From contig JBBRHH010000001.1 of the NCBI GenBank assembly GCA_038222915.1, positions 1-36,092 of the forward strand: a DNA stretch of 36,092 nt, read 5' to 3'. This DNA is from Tepidisphaerales bacterium (lineage in GTDB: Bacteria > Planctomycetota > Phycisphaerae > Tepidisphaerales > Tepidisphaeraceae). This document shows, piece after piece, positions 25,720 through 33,811 of the stretch. Positions within the stretch are counted from its first letter, which is position 1; the number at the start of each line of letters is the position of its first letter. Both the position numbers and the translations under genes were made by a program. The notes below the pieces were generated by a model. That model worked only from the letters and a program-made list of their open reading frames with translations, searched no databases and was not told the origin of the DNA.

Positions 25720-27542
25720 TTTTGCGATGCGGGTTCGTCGGCGTTAACCGGCTTGGTCGTCGCATCGGTGTGCGGAATGTTCAGCGCTGGTGCGGTTGCC
25801 GGACCGGCCGCTGCGAGCGGCGTATTTTGCAGGACAATCACGAAGTCATACAACTCAGCGGCGGACTCTTCCGCGACGCCGTTCGCCTTTCGCAGGCCGA
25901 CCGTGACATCCGAAGGCCGCGTGGTGGCGGCCGACGGTAGCGTCGCGCTGGGACGCGTCGCCGCGCCAAAGGCGGTCGCCGCGTTCTGGGCCCCGGCGAT
26001 CTTTGCCTGCCCCGGATCACTGGCCAGCTTGTCGGATTTCTCAACAACCTTGCCGTCCGTATTCACACTGCCTATAGCCCCGCCGCCAAACTGTTGGCCC
26101 GACGCAAGGGATCGAAGCGTTGTAGCTCCTGGCATGGTGGACGGTTTGCCCGGCATGATGCCCGCGCCGCCACCCCCACCGGGCTTCATCCCGAGCTGCC
26201 GACTCATCACTTCCGCGCGAGCCGATTTCCGAACCTCCATCGACCATTGCGCATCGTGCTCAGCATTCAGCGATTTGGTCAGTTCCTCGACCTGTGCGCC
26301 GTTCAAGGCGCGGGCCACGATGACCGTGCGGTGCGAGCCGCTTTCACTGCCCTCCGCAAGCTCGGGCTGCGTCGCGGCACCTTTCATCTTGGCGGAGTTG
26401 GCCAGCACCAGGTCATGGCTGCCGTCAGGCGATGTTGTTGGCGAAGGCGAAAGCGTTACTCCGGGAGCGACCTGCAGTTCTGCAGGATGGGTGGCCGGAG
26501 TTGCCCCACTTCCCCGGCTCGCTCCCTGGCCGGCCGGCGCGGCGGGCGCTGTGTCACCCGCCCGGCGTGGAAGCTGTGCTGTGGCAATCGCCGATCGCTC
26601 TCGCGCTTTCGCATCCTCCGCCGCGGCATCCGAGAGCGTACTGTCGGCCACGGGATTTGGACCTGCCGGAATGGCGGCTGGTGCGCCCGCCCCATCCAAC
26701 TCCTTCGCATCCTTCCGGCGGGCCGCGACGGACTCATCGCCGACAGGATTGGTATCCCATCGAATGTTGTTTGTATTGAAGTAGCTGACGAGCCTGTTAC
26801 TGACGGCGTCCACATCCCGTGTAACTCCCACCATCACAATCGGCCCGATGTTCCGCGCGCTCTCAAGGCTTCGATCAGCCATCGCGCTCCGTAGCGTCTT
26901 CATCTCTTCCCGCTTCAACATCAGAGCGCCCTTGCCAACCTGTTCGGCAAGAATTCCGTCAGGAAAATCCTTGTCGTCCTTGGATGCAAGGGTTGGCGTG
27001 GTTCCGCCGGACGTCTCACTCTTTTTCAAGGCGTCATGTTCGCCCTTGGCCAGCGTATCTGATGGCTGGGCTGCGTCGGAATGAGCCACCACTGCCTGCG
27101 TTTCAGAACTCTGGGTTGATGGCGCTGTAACGATGGGGTTGGAAGGTCCGCCGGTCGGCGCGATGACTACCTGCTGGCCGGACCGCGGGAGCATGTTGTA
27201 GATGACAACGCCAAGGCCGCTGGCGAGAAGCAACACAGCCGCCGCCGCCATGATCTGCGGCCAGCGGTTGATGCGCATATCCGAAACCTGTTCATCCGCC
27301 TGATCGTCAAGCAGCACGGCCCGCTCCAGATGCCCCTGGATGGATTCGGCGATGTCCGCCGGCGCCTTGGCGCGTGGCAGCTCGCGCACCATCACCCGCT
27401 GACGCTTAAGCTCTTCAATAACAGCGCGATGATTGGGATTGGCGGCCAGGTGCTTTTCGATGTCGGCGATCTCGTTGGCATCGAGATCCCCGTCGATGTA
27501 GGCACACAGCTTGGCTTCGATATGTTCGGCGTTCTGGGACAT
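25716..27542 (-). CDS. anti-sigma factor (zf-HC2-like N-domain, single TM) with a roughly 480-aa low-complexity extracytoplasmic region
   Basis: The N-terminus AKLCAYIDGDLDANEIADIEKHLAANPNHRAVIEEL is typical of anti-sigma N-domains. TM: WPQIMAAAAVLLLASGLGVVIY. It sits directly downstream of the ECF sigma gene. ATG 27542 preferred over GTG 27569. Confidence 0.75.
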   Translation of the reverse strand: MSQNAEHIEAKLCAYIDGDLDANEIADIEKHLAANPNHRAVIEELKRQRVMVRELPRAKAPADIAESIQGHLERAVLLDDQADEQVSDMRINRWPQIMAAAAVLLLASGLGVVIYNMLPRSGQQVVIAPTGGPSNPIVTAPSTQSSETQAVVAHSDAAQPSDTLAKGEHDALKKSETSGGTTPTLASKDDKDFPDGILAEQVGKGALMLKREEMKTLRSAMADRSLESARNIGPIVMVGVTRDVDAVSNRLVSYFNTNNIRWDTNPVGDESVAARRKDAKELDGAGAPAAIPAGPNPVADSTLSDAAAEDAKARERSAIATAQLPRRAGDTAPAAPAGQGASRGSGATPATHPAELQVAPGVTLSPSPTTSPDGSHDLVLANSAKMKGAATQPELAEGSESGSHRTVIVARALNGAQVEELTKSLNAEHDAQWSMEVRKSARAEVMSRQLGMKPGGGGGAGIMPGKPSTMPGATTLRSLASGQQFGGGAIGSVNTDGKVVEKSDKLASDPGQAKIAGAQNAATAFGAATRPSATLPSAATTRPSDVTVGLRKANGVAEESAAELYDFVIVLQNTPLAAAGPATAPALNIPHTDATTKPVNADEPASQK

Positions 27543-27649
27543 TGTAAGCACCGTTACCTGGGTAACCACTCTTTGCGCCGCAAGGCACTGGAGTAATCGC
27601 CCGGAGCGATTGATCCTTTACTGGGTTTTTCGGGTCATGGACAACGCGG

Positions 27650-28381
27650 TTACCGTCGGCGATCCGAAAAGTAAGCCTTCAACTCGTCCCGAAGGGCGAG
27701 CCGGGCGCGAAACAGGCGGCTCTTCAGGGTTCCCAGCGGCAGGTCGAGCACGTCGGCCATCTGCTGGTAATCGAACCCTTCGACATCCCGCATCACAAGG
27801 ACAGCCCGATATTCGGCATCAAGGCGTCCCAGTGCTGCAAGCACCTGTTCACTGCGCTCGCGACGTTCGAGGTCCTGAGGGGGAAGCTCGGCCTGGTCCT
27901 GGGCCAAGCGATCCATCAGGTTGGAGGCCTGATCGTCGCCGGTGTCGTGGCGGCCTTTGCCGTTGGACGAAGAGAGCGAGAAGACCCGATGGCGTTGCAC
28001 CTTCCGCAACTGGCTGATCGCCAGATTGACGGCGATGCGAAAGAGCCAGGTATACGGGGAGGCATCGCCGCGGAAGCTGTCAAGCTTCATGAGGCCGCGG
28101 GTAAACGCCTCCTGGGTCAGCTCGCGGGCCTCTTCGTGGTCGCCCACGATACGGAGCACCGCGTTGTACAGCCGATCCTGATAAGCCACCACAAGTTCGC
28201 CGTAGGATGCACGGTCGCCTTTTTGCGCCCGTCGCAGCCAATCCGCTTCGCGTGCCGCCTCGAGATCGAGGGTTTGCGGGAAGCGGTCGGCCTCTTGCTG
28301 TGTCCTGCTCAGGCTCGACATGGGGTTTGACGATGGTTGATTGAAAAGGTTCCGCGGAATTTTCTGTACTTCCTGTGCCAA
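27650..28381 (-). CDS. ECF-type RNA polymerase sigma-70 family factor
   Basis: Region 2 (YGELVVAYQDRLYNAVLRIVGDHEEARELTQEAF) and region 4 (YRAVLVMRDVEGFDYQQMADVLDLPLGTLKSRLFRARLAL). TTG start at 28381 lies 8 nt after GGAGG. Confidence 0.92.
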   Translation of the reverse strand: MAQEVQKIPRNLFNQPSSNPMSSLSRTQQEADRFPQTLDLEAAREADWLRRAQKGDRASYGELVVAYQDRLYNAVLRIVGDHEEARELTQEAFTRGLMKLDSFRGDASPYTWLFRIAVNLAISQLRKVQRHRVFSLSSSNGKGRHDTGDDQASNLMDRLAQDQAELPPQDLERRERSEQVLAALGRLDAEYRAVLVMRDVEGFDYQQMADVLDLPLGTLKSRLFRARLALRDELKAYFSDRRR

Positions 28382-28420
28382 ACGGTGGTCCTCCTGACCG
28401 TGCTGCCGCGAAAGAATTCC

Positions 28421-28449
28421 ACTATGCCACTGTAATACAAGAACGTCAA
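28421..28449 (-). promoter_or_regulatory. candidate sigma-70 promoter for the ECF sigma operon, TTGACG-N17-CATAGT
   Basis: Hexamers read on the minus strand. The -10 element lies about 40 nt upstream of the TTG start, with GGAGG in between. Confidence 0.35.
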
Positions 28450-28830
28450 CGAATCGCCGGCCGCAAAGAAAAATTTAACAATCGCCATTTTTGCCGGACG
28501 TATCCACTGCGCGGCGTCACTGCACGGTCCGTTAACTCCACGCGCAAGGTCGCAAAACGTCGCAGCGCGGCCATATCGGGCTCGATGTTCAAGAATCTGA
28601 CCCATCCGTCATAGATGTCACCGGCTGCCCTCAATCCTGCTCAGATTCTCACACCATCATTCCAGAACCGTTCCGCACCGTGATTTTTTCTTGACGCCTC
28701 TCTCGACCCCTGAGCATCGCCGCTCGCAACGGGACCATCAACAGCAAACTAACGACAACGGTAGTCTCTTCGTCTCCAAGACTGCTGCGATCAACTCCAA
28801 AACCCGTCTAAAACTCCCCTCAGAAGGACA

Positions 28831-31800
28831 ATGAGAATGTTGCTGAGAACGCTGTTGATGTTCTCGATCTTCAGTTCAGTGTGCACCGCCGCCGCTGACC
28901 TGACCGCCCCACCACCGGCCATCGCAGACTGGCCTCAATATCGCGGACCGACACGCGACGGCATCGCCCCCGTCGGCCCAAAACTGCTCGACCACTGGCC
29001 CAAAGAAGGGCCGAAGCTGATCTGGAAAAGCGCCTCCCTCTGGAACAAACTCGGCGGCGGAACCGAGAAAGACCTCCTGCCCCACTCCGGCTGCGGCAGC
29101 ATCACCATCGCCGGCGGCCGTGCCTTCATATTCGCCAATTTCAAACGCAACACGGGCGAGGCCGGAAAGGTTGTCCTCACCACCAAAGACCTCACCAGCC
29201 TGGGATGGATCGAAGGAGTGCCCGACGATCTGGCCAAAAAAGTGGAAGTAGAAAGAACCAAAGGCAAGGGAGCGAAACTCAAACGCGGTCCCGAACTGGA
29301 CGCATACGCAAAAAAATACATCGCCGACGTCGATCCTGAGCTGACAAAACAGTTCGGCCCATGGATTCAACGCCGCCTGACCAAAGAACCCCCGCCCAAA
29401 AACCTGAACCGGCTGATCGAAGCCGAAGCTTCCGCCCTGAACGGTGACCCTATATTCGAGTGGAGCTTTCTGGAGAAGCTCGCGACGGTCCGCGATAAAG
29501 AATTCCCCACCGTCGAAGCCATGGATGCACAGTTGGATGGAGTGCTCAACCCGTGGAAGAGCAATTCAGGCAACGCCGTTCGCGTGTTGTTGATCAACCG
29601 CGCTATCAGTTACTTCGACGCCATCATCTGCCTCGACGCCGCCACCGGCGCGCAAATCTGGCGGAAGGAGTTTCCCGGCAGCGTCAGCCCCTATGCAGGC
29701 GCGGCCAACGTCGGCGCTTCAAGCACGCCGGCGATCTGGGAGGACAAGTGCTACGTCGCGGGCAGCACCGCGATGTATTGCCTCTCGGTAAACGACGGCT
29801 CAGTGGTCTGGCAGGACGAGACCGAGTTCAGCAACTCCTCGCCGCTGCTGAAAAACGGCATCGCCTATGTCCTTGTTCCGGAGCCGACAGCGTACGACGC
29901 AAAGACCGGCCGAATACTCTGGCGTCAGCCTTCACTCAACAATCCAAATTCCTCATTCATATCGTGGTCCTCGGGCGGCAAGGACTACCTCATCATCAGC
30001 TTCCAGGGAGGCGTCTACTCCACCCCCTCCGGCGGCATCTACTGCCTCGACCCGGCCAACGGCGCAGTCCTCTGGAAAACTTTTTGCCCCGGCAGCTCCG
30101 TTCCGGTCTTGGCCGGAGTCGACACGCTGGTGATGGAGAGCAGCCACAACATGACGATGGCGTTCAAAATCTCGCCGGAGAAGATCGAGAAAATCTGGGA
30201 AACCAAAAAGACCGGCGACACGCGCGGCGAAAGCCCGGTGATTTTCCAGGATCACGTCTACATTTCCGGCGGCTGCCACAGCAACAATCCCCTGCGCTGC
30301 CTTGATCTGAAGACAGGCGAAATCCTCTGGAACCCGCGTCAAATGAGCGCGGCCGAGGCAAGCTCGCCCGTTCTGGTCGACGGCAAAATCATCGCGATGC
30401 TCGAGAACAGTGAGAACAGCCTGTATGCGGTGATGTACAGGGCGACGCCGGAACAATACGAGGAACTGGGTCGATTCAACCCGGACGCAGGTCCGGGCGC
30501 GTCTCCAGTGGTCGTCAGCGGAAAACTGTATCTGAGACTTCAGGATTGCATCGCCTGCTACGACCTCACCGGCCCCGATCAGGGCGCACCGGCGTTCGCG
30601 ACGACGCGCACTTCAACGCCGCCACTGACAATCACTCCGGCATCAACCACCCGGCCGGCTGCAACGAACAACACCAAACCTGTTCTGACCGACAGTACCA
30701 ACATCCGAGGCTGGCGCGGCGACGGGACAGGCCACTTCGCGCTGGCCGAGCCTCCCACCCAATGGAGCGAAACCAAAAACGTGAAATGGCGCACCGCGGT
30801 CGGCGCAGGCAGTTCGACGCCGGTCGCCTCCGGAAACAGGGTCTTCGTCACCTCCGAGAAATGCACGCTCAACTGCATCGACCGCAAAAGCGGCCAACTT
30901 CTCTGGAAAAAGACCACCCGCGTCCAGGACGCGCCAGCGGACTTCCGGGAAACCGTGCAGGACAGTTTCGAGCGCCCGCGCCCGTCCGGCCTCGCGGCCG
31001 CCACACCCGTCTGCGACGGCGAACACGTCTTCGTCCTCTTCGGCACCGGCGAAGTAAGCTGCTACGACTTCGAAGGCAATCGCACCTGGTCACGATTCAT
31101 CAAACCTGCGGCCATGCAATACGGCCACAGCGCATCCCCATTGCTGGCCGATGGAACACTAGTCGTCAGTCTCGATGGGCTCACCGCGCTGGATTCCAAA
31201 ACCGGCAAGACAATCTGGGAAAACAAAGCCGTCAAACCCGCCTACGGTTGTCCGGTGTTGATGACGCTGGGCGCCACACGGCTGGTCATCACACCAACGG
31301 GTTTCGTGGTCAGGCTCGCCGATGGAAGCATTCTCGCAAAAGAGATCGCCGAAAACCTGGAGGGCGATGAATATTCCATCAGCCCGCTCGTGCACGACAA
31401 CGTCGTCTACTACATGGACAGCAACTGCAGCGCCGTAAAGCTTTCGCTGAACGGCGAGTCGGTCGTGAAGAAAACGCTCTGGACGACCGAGCTCCCCGAA
31501 GCGGCCATCGGCTCCCCGACCTACCACAATGGCCTGATTTTCGTCTGCACCACCACAGGCCACTACAGCGTCTGTGACGCCACGACGGGCAAGCCTGTGC
31601 TGATCGATCCCAAGTCCGGCAAATCAATGGACGATTGCGTCCTGGGCCAGGACGCGCCCGACGATTCAACCGTGGCCAACTTCTACCCAAGCGTGACGAT
31701 CGCGGACAAATGCGTGTACGTGAGCAACGACAAAGGCCGGACGTTCGTACTGGACGCGGCGAAATCGTTCAAAGAGGTGCAGCGAAATACATTGCCGGCC

Positions 31801-31884
31801 GGATCCGGGGCAAGCCTGTTTTTTGACGGGTCAGATCTGTTCATCCGAGGCGGCAACGATCTGTATCGCGTCACCGGGAAATAG
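28831..31884 (+). CDS. secreted tandem PQQ-like (BamB-like) beta-propeller repeat protein, 1017 aa
   Basis: Signal peptide, then two propeller units. Each opens with the family signature: DWPQYRGPTRDG, and GWRGDGTGHF...W. Repeated ...G.V.ALD..TGK..W-type blades are joined by a Thr/Pro-rich linker (about 30570-30700). ATG 28837 is an alternative start. Confidence 0.85.
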   Translation: MRMLLRTLLMFSIFSSVCTAAADLTAPPPAIADWPQYRGPTRDGIAPVGPKLLDHWPKEGPKLIWKSASLWNKLGGGTEKDLLPHSGCGSITIAGGRAFIFANFKRNTGEAGKVVLTTKDLTSLGWIEGVPDDLAKKVEVERTKGKGAKLKRGPELDAYAKKYIADVDPELTKQFGPWIQRRLTKEPPPKNLNRLIEAEASALNGDPIFEWSFLEKLATVRDKEFPTVEAMDAQLDGVLNPWKSNSGNAVRVLLINRAISYFDAIICLDAATGAQIWRKEFPGSVSPYAGAANVGASSTPAIWEDKCYVAGSTAMYCLSVNDGSVVWQDETEFSNSSPLLKNGIAYVLVPEPTAYDAKTGRILWRQPSLNNPNSSFISWSSGGKDYLIISFQGGVYSTPSGGIYCLDPANGAVLWKTFCPGSSVPVLAGVDTLVMESSHNMTMAFKISPEKIEKIWETKKTGDTRGESPVIFQDHVYISGGCHSNNPLRCLDLKTGEILWNPRQMSAAEASSPVLVDGKIIAMLENSENSLYAVMYRATPEQYEELGRFNPDAGPGASPVVVSGKLYLRLQDCIACYDLTGPDQGAPAFATTRTSTPPLTITPASTTRPAATNNTKPVLTDSTNIRGWRGDGTGHFALAEPPTQWSETKNVKWRTAVGAGSSTPVASGNRVFVTSEKCTLNCIDRKSGQLLWKKTTRVQDAPADFRETVQDSFERPRPSGLAAATPVCDGEHVFVLFGTGEVSCYDFEGNRTWSRFIKPAAMQYGHSASPLLADGTLVVSLDGLTALDSKTGKTIWENKAVKPAYGCPVLMTLGATRLVITPTGFVVRLADGSILAKEIAENLEGDEYSISPLVHDNVVYYMDSNCSAVKLSLNGESVVKKTLWTTELPEAAIGSPTYHNGLIFVCTTTGHYSVCDATTGKPVLIDPKSGKSMDDCVLGQDAPDDSTVANFYPSVTIADKCVYVSNDKGRTFVLDAAKSFKEVQRNTLPAGSGASLFFDGSDLFIRGGNDLYRVTGK

Positions 31885-32353
31885 ACGACGCCCTACGCGC
31901 AAGCTCGGCGTTCACCGCCTCCATAAAAGCATTCCGCTGGCTGGCCGAACAATCGGTCAGCGCCTTGAGCGAAACCTTCCTGCCACTCGTGAGGATCAGT
32001 TTGACCGGATCCACCGCATTCACCAGCTTGCACGTCCGAATCGCGTCGTAGGGAATGTGCTGCGCTTTTCCCAGACCGCGAAAGGTAACGCCTTCCCCCG
32101 TGCATCCAACGAAAGATCGGCCGGCCCTGTAAAACTCCAGTACCGCGGCACCCATGGGGATCAGGCCCAGGCAAATGACCGCCACAGAAAATAAACTGCT
32201 CGGGCGGGCCATAATTCCGAAGTTGATCACCACCAACCCAAAGAAGAAGCCCATCACCGCCCGGACAATCACAAAGCGCCAACGCGGACGATAAAAGGCC
32301 GTCATCGGCGTTGCATAAGGGAGAGGCTGGGAATCACCGCCGAGCATTCTCAC
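31871..32353 (-). CDS. small membrane protein: two N-terminal TM helices plus a bacterial-PH-like (bPH_2/DUF304-like) soluble domain
   Basis: The GTG start overlaps the stop of the upstream gene (GTGA at 32350-32353); ATG 32347 is an alternative. TM helices: FVIVRAVMGFFFGLVVINFGI and LFSVAVICLGLIPMGAAVLEF. G/T-ending codons. The domain call is tentative. Confidence 0.6.
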   Translation of the reverse strand: MRMLGGDSQPLPYATPMTAFYRPRWRFVIVRAVMGFFFGLVVINFGIMARPSSLFSVAVICLGLIPMGAAVLEFYRAGRSFVGCTGEGVTFRGLGKAQHIPYDAIRTCKLVNAVDPVKLILTSGRKVSLKALTDCSASQRNAFMEAVNAELARRASSISR

Positions 32354-32919
32354 TTCCCATCAAGCCGCCGCTGCACATCCATGACCAGTCGCTCGAATCT
32401 GGGAAATGACTCCGAGTCATCCTTGAGTTCCAGCAGCGCCGGAAGCTCGCGACGAACATGCGCCAGATCCAATCGACCGTGTTGCCGCGCCAGGATGCTC
32501 TCCACATCACCCCAATCCCGGTCACGCGAAGCGAATATTTTGTGAATCAGAAGATCTTCCGCGGAACAGGTCGTGAGCGAGGCCATGTCACTCAGCTTCC
32601 ATGCTGTCGCCCGTTCGATGGAGCTTTCCTCAAATGGAAATGCTCCCAGCGAAAAATCGAGATCAACGCCCCCTGCCGTGCGAGCGAGCAAGACACGCTG
32701 TTCGATGGCAAATTGCCGCGCATTCCGCACCCGGCCTTCAAACGCCTTCAACAACGTGTCGATGAAGCGCTCCTCCACGCCGAGCCCGGTCAACAGCGTG
32801 ACATCCACATCCTGCGTGAAACGTGGCATTCCCCAGCGCTGCACCGCGACGCCGCCAATGAAGCAAAACCGCCACCTCTGGCTCAGGCAGAATTGTTCCA
32901 CCTCGGCCGCCGCCCTCAT
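32350..32919 (-). CDS. minimal Pol-beta-fold nucleotidyltransferase (MNT-like)
   Basis: hG[GS]-x11-DxD motif FIGGVAVQRWGMPRFTQDVDV, a candidate third carboxylate in GGVDLDFS, and the helical tail EDLLIHKIFASRDRDWGDVESIL. ATG 32919 lies 12 nt after AAGGAG. An alternative TTG at 32940 overlaps the upstream stop. Confidence 0.7.
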   Translation of the reverse strand: MRAAAEVEQFCLSQRWRFCFIGGVAVQRWGMPRFTQDVDVTLLTGLGVEERFIDTLLKAFEGRVRNARQFAIEQRVLLARTAGGVDLDFSLGAFPFEESSIERATAWKLSDMASLTTCSAEDLLIHKIFASRDRDWGDVESILARQHGRLDLAHVRRELPALLELKDDSESFPRFERLVMDVQRRLDGK

Positions 32920-32936
32920 GATGCCGGCCAGCTCCT

Positions 32937-33200
32937 TCAAGCTTTTCTCCGGCCGTGGAAAATCGCCTGCTGCTCCACAAGCCCCGACCAATCCGGACGC
33001 TCCCGCCACGGTTCCTCCGCAACGCACAACGTCGCGATGATGCGCAACGCCTCTTCATCAGTCATGGCGGCCAATGCGCGTAGCCGGATGGTCTCCAGTA
33101 GCTCCGTCCTGATCCGATATTCCTTTCGCCACTGCTCCTTGTCCTGAATCGGCGTCATTTGAATATTGTATCGCGTAACCAACGCTGTAACAGGCGACAT
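32937..33200 (-). CDS. small helical hypothetical protein (73-88 aa), putative partner of the nucleotidyltransferase
   Basis: ORF with possible starts at 33203 (GTG), 33200 (ATG) and 33158 (ATG). It ends 17 nt before, or overlapping, the next gene. The translation is predicted helical and charged (WRKEYRIRTELLETIRLRALAAMTDEEALRII). Confidence 0.5.
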   Translation of the reverse strand: MSPVTALVTRYNIQMTPIQDKEQWRKEYRIRTELLETIRLRALAAMTDEEALRIIATLCVAEEPWRERPDWSGLVEQQAIFHGRRKA

Positions 33201-33221
33201 CACGTTGTCGCGGTACTTTCA

Positions 33222-33647
33222 TCACAGCGAACTCGCCACATCAAATTGGAGTGTCCGAACCTGCCCCCACTCCGTGATCAAAAGCGCTCGCGACGAGGCC
33301 CGTTCCACAACAAGCAGTTCGTGGGAGCTGGGCCGCCAGTAAAGACCGATGAGATTCCGACGGACTTCCTCGAAAGAAGCACCATGGCTCTCATTGCCGG
33401 CAAGATTAATGGTCTCCAGCGTCCTCTCGTTGAACTTTCCGAGTCCAGGCAAAGCATTGGCCAAATCGAAATTGTCTCCGTCGCAGTCCAAATTCGGGAT
33501 CGGCAGCGGCGTGGATCGCTTGCAGATGCACAAGTGAACCTCACGCCAACCGGCAGTCGCACGCAAGTCAAGCCGGGAGCAAAGCCAAGTGAGTACGGAT
33601 TGTTCTTCCTCCACCGAAAGCGGCCTGGAAAATAAGCGGCTATCCAC
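33222..33647 (-). CDS. hypothetical protein (141 aa), first gene of the four-gene cassette
   Basis: GTG start at 33647, with consistent G/T-ending codon usage across the whole ORF. The competing ORF 33278..33691 translates to Arg/Cys/Trp-rich sequence after its first 25 codons. Confidence 0.55.
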   Translation of the reverse strand: MDSRLFSRPLSVEEEQSVLTWLCSRLDLRATAGWREVHLCICKRSTPLPIPNLDCDGDNFDLANALPGLGKFNERTLETINLAGNESHGASFEEVRRNLIGLYWRPSSHELLVVERASSRALLITEWGQVRTLQFDVASSL

Positions 33648-33700
33648 GCGCGTATCCCTTCGATAGATTTCTCGTCGACGGCATTATTCAAATGTTATAT

Positions 33701-33725
33701 CCCGCGACATCGCAGACGCCGCGGG
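33701..33725 (-). terminator. GC-rich hairpin (CCCGCG...CGCGGG, extendable to about 10 bp) followed by an A/T-rich tail; candidate terminator after the peroxidase gene
   Basis: Read on the minus strand about 90 nt after the peroxidase stop. The tail ATATAACATTT is not a clean U-run. Confidence 0.3.
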
Positions 33726-33811
33726 CCCGGAACCAAACGGCGGATTTTCCGAACCCAGTTTATCAAGCCCCCGGCGCGTCCAGCCCATGGATCGAAAGGA
33801 GATCCGCTCGA

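Noticed and set aside
28726-28753. Possible ECF-type promoter, GCAAC-N18-CTAAC, upstream of the beta-propeller gene.
   Set aside because: There is only a loose resemblance to AAC-N16/17-CGT/TCTAA-type ECF promoters, the spacing is at the edge of what is allowed, and no matching copy lies upstream of the sigma gene itself, where autoregulation would be expected.
33278-33691. Alternative 137-aa ORF overlapping the first cassette gene. I also considered a frameshifted fusion of its plausible first 25 codons (MNNAVDEKSIEGIRAWIAAYF) with ORF 33222..33647.
   Set aside because: After about 25 codons the translation becomes Arg/Cys/Trp-rich and non-protein-like, and the start is TTG without an SD. 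The 33222..33647 frame has consistent codon usage. A frameshift or pseudogene cannot be excluded, but it is not supported.
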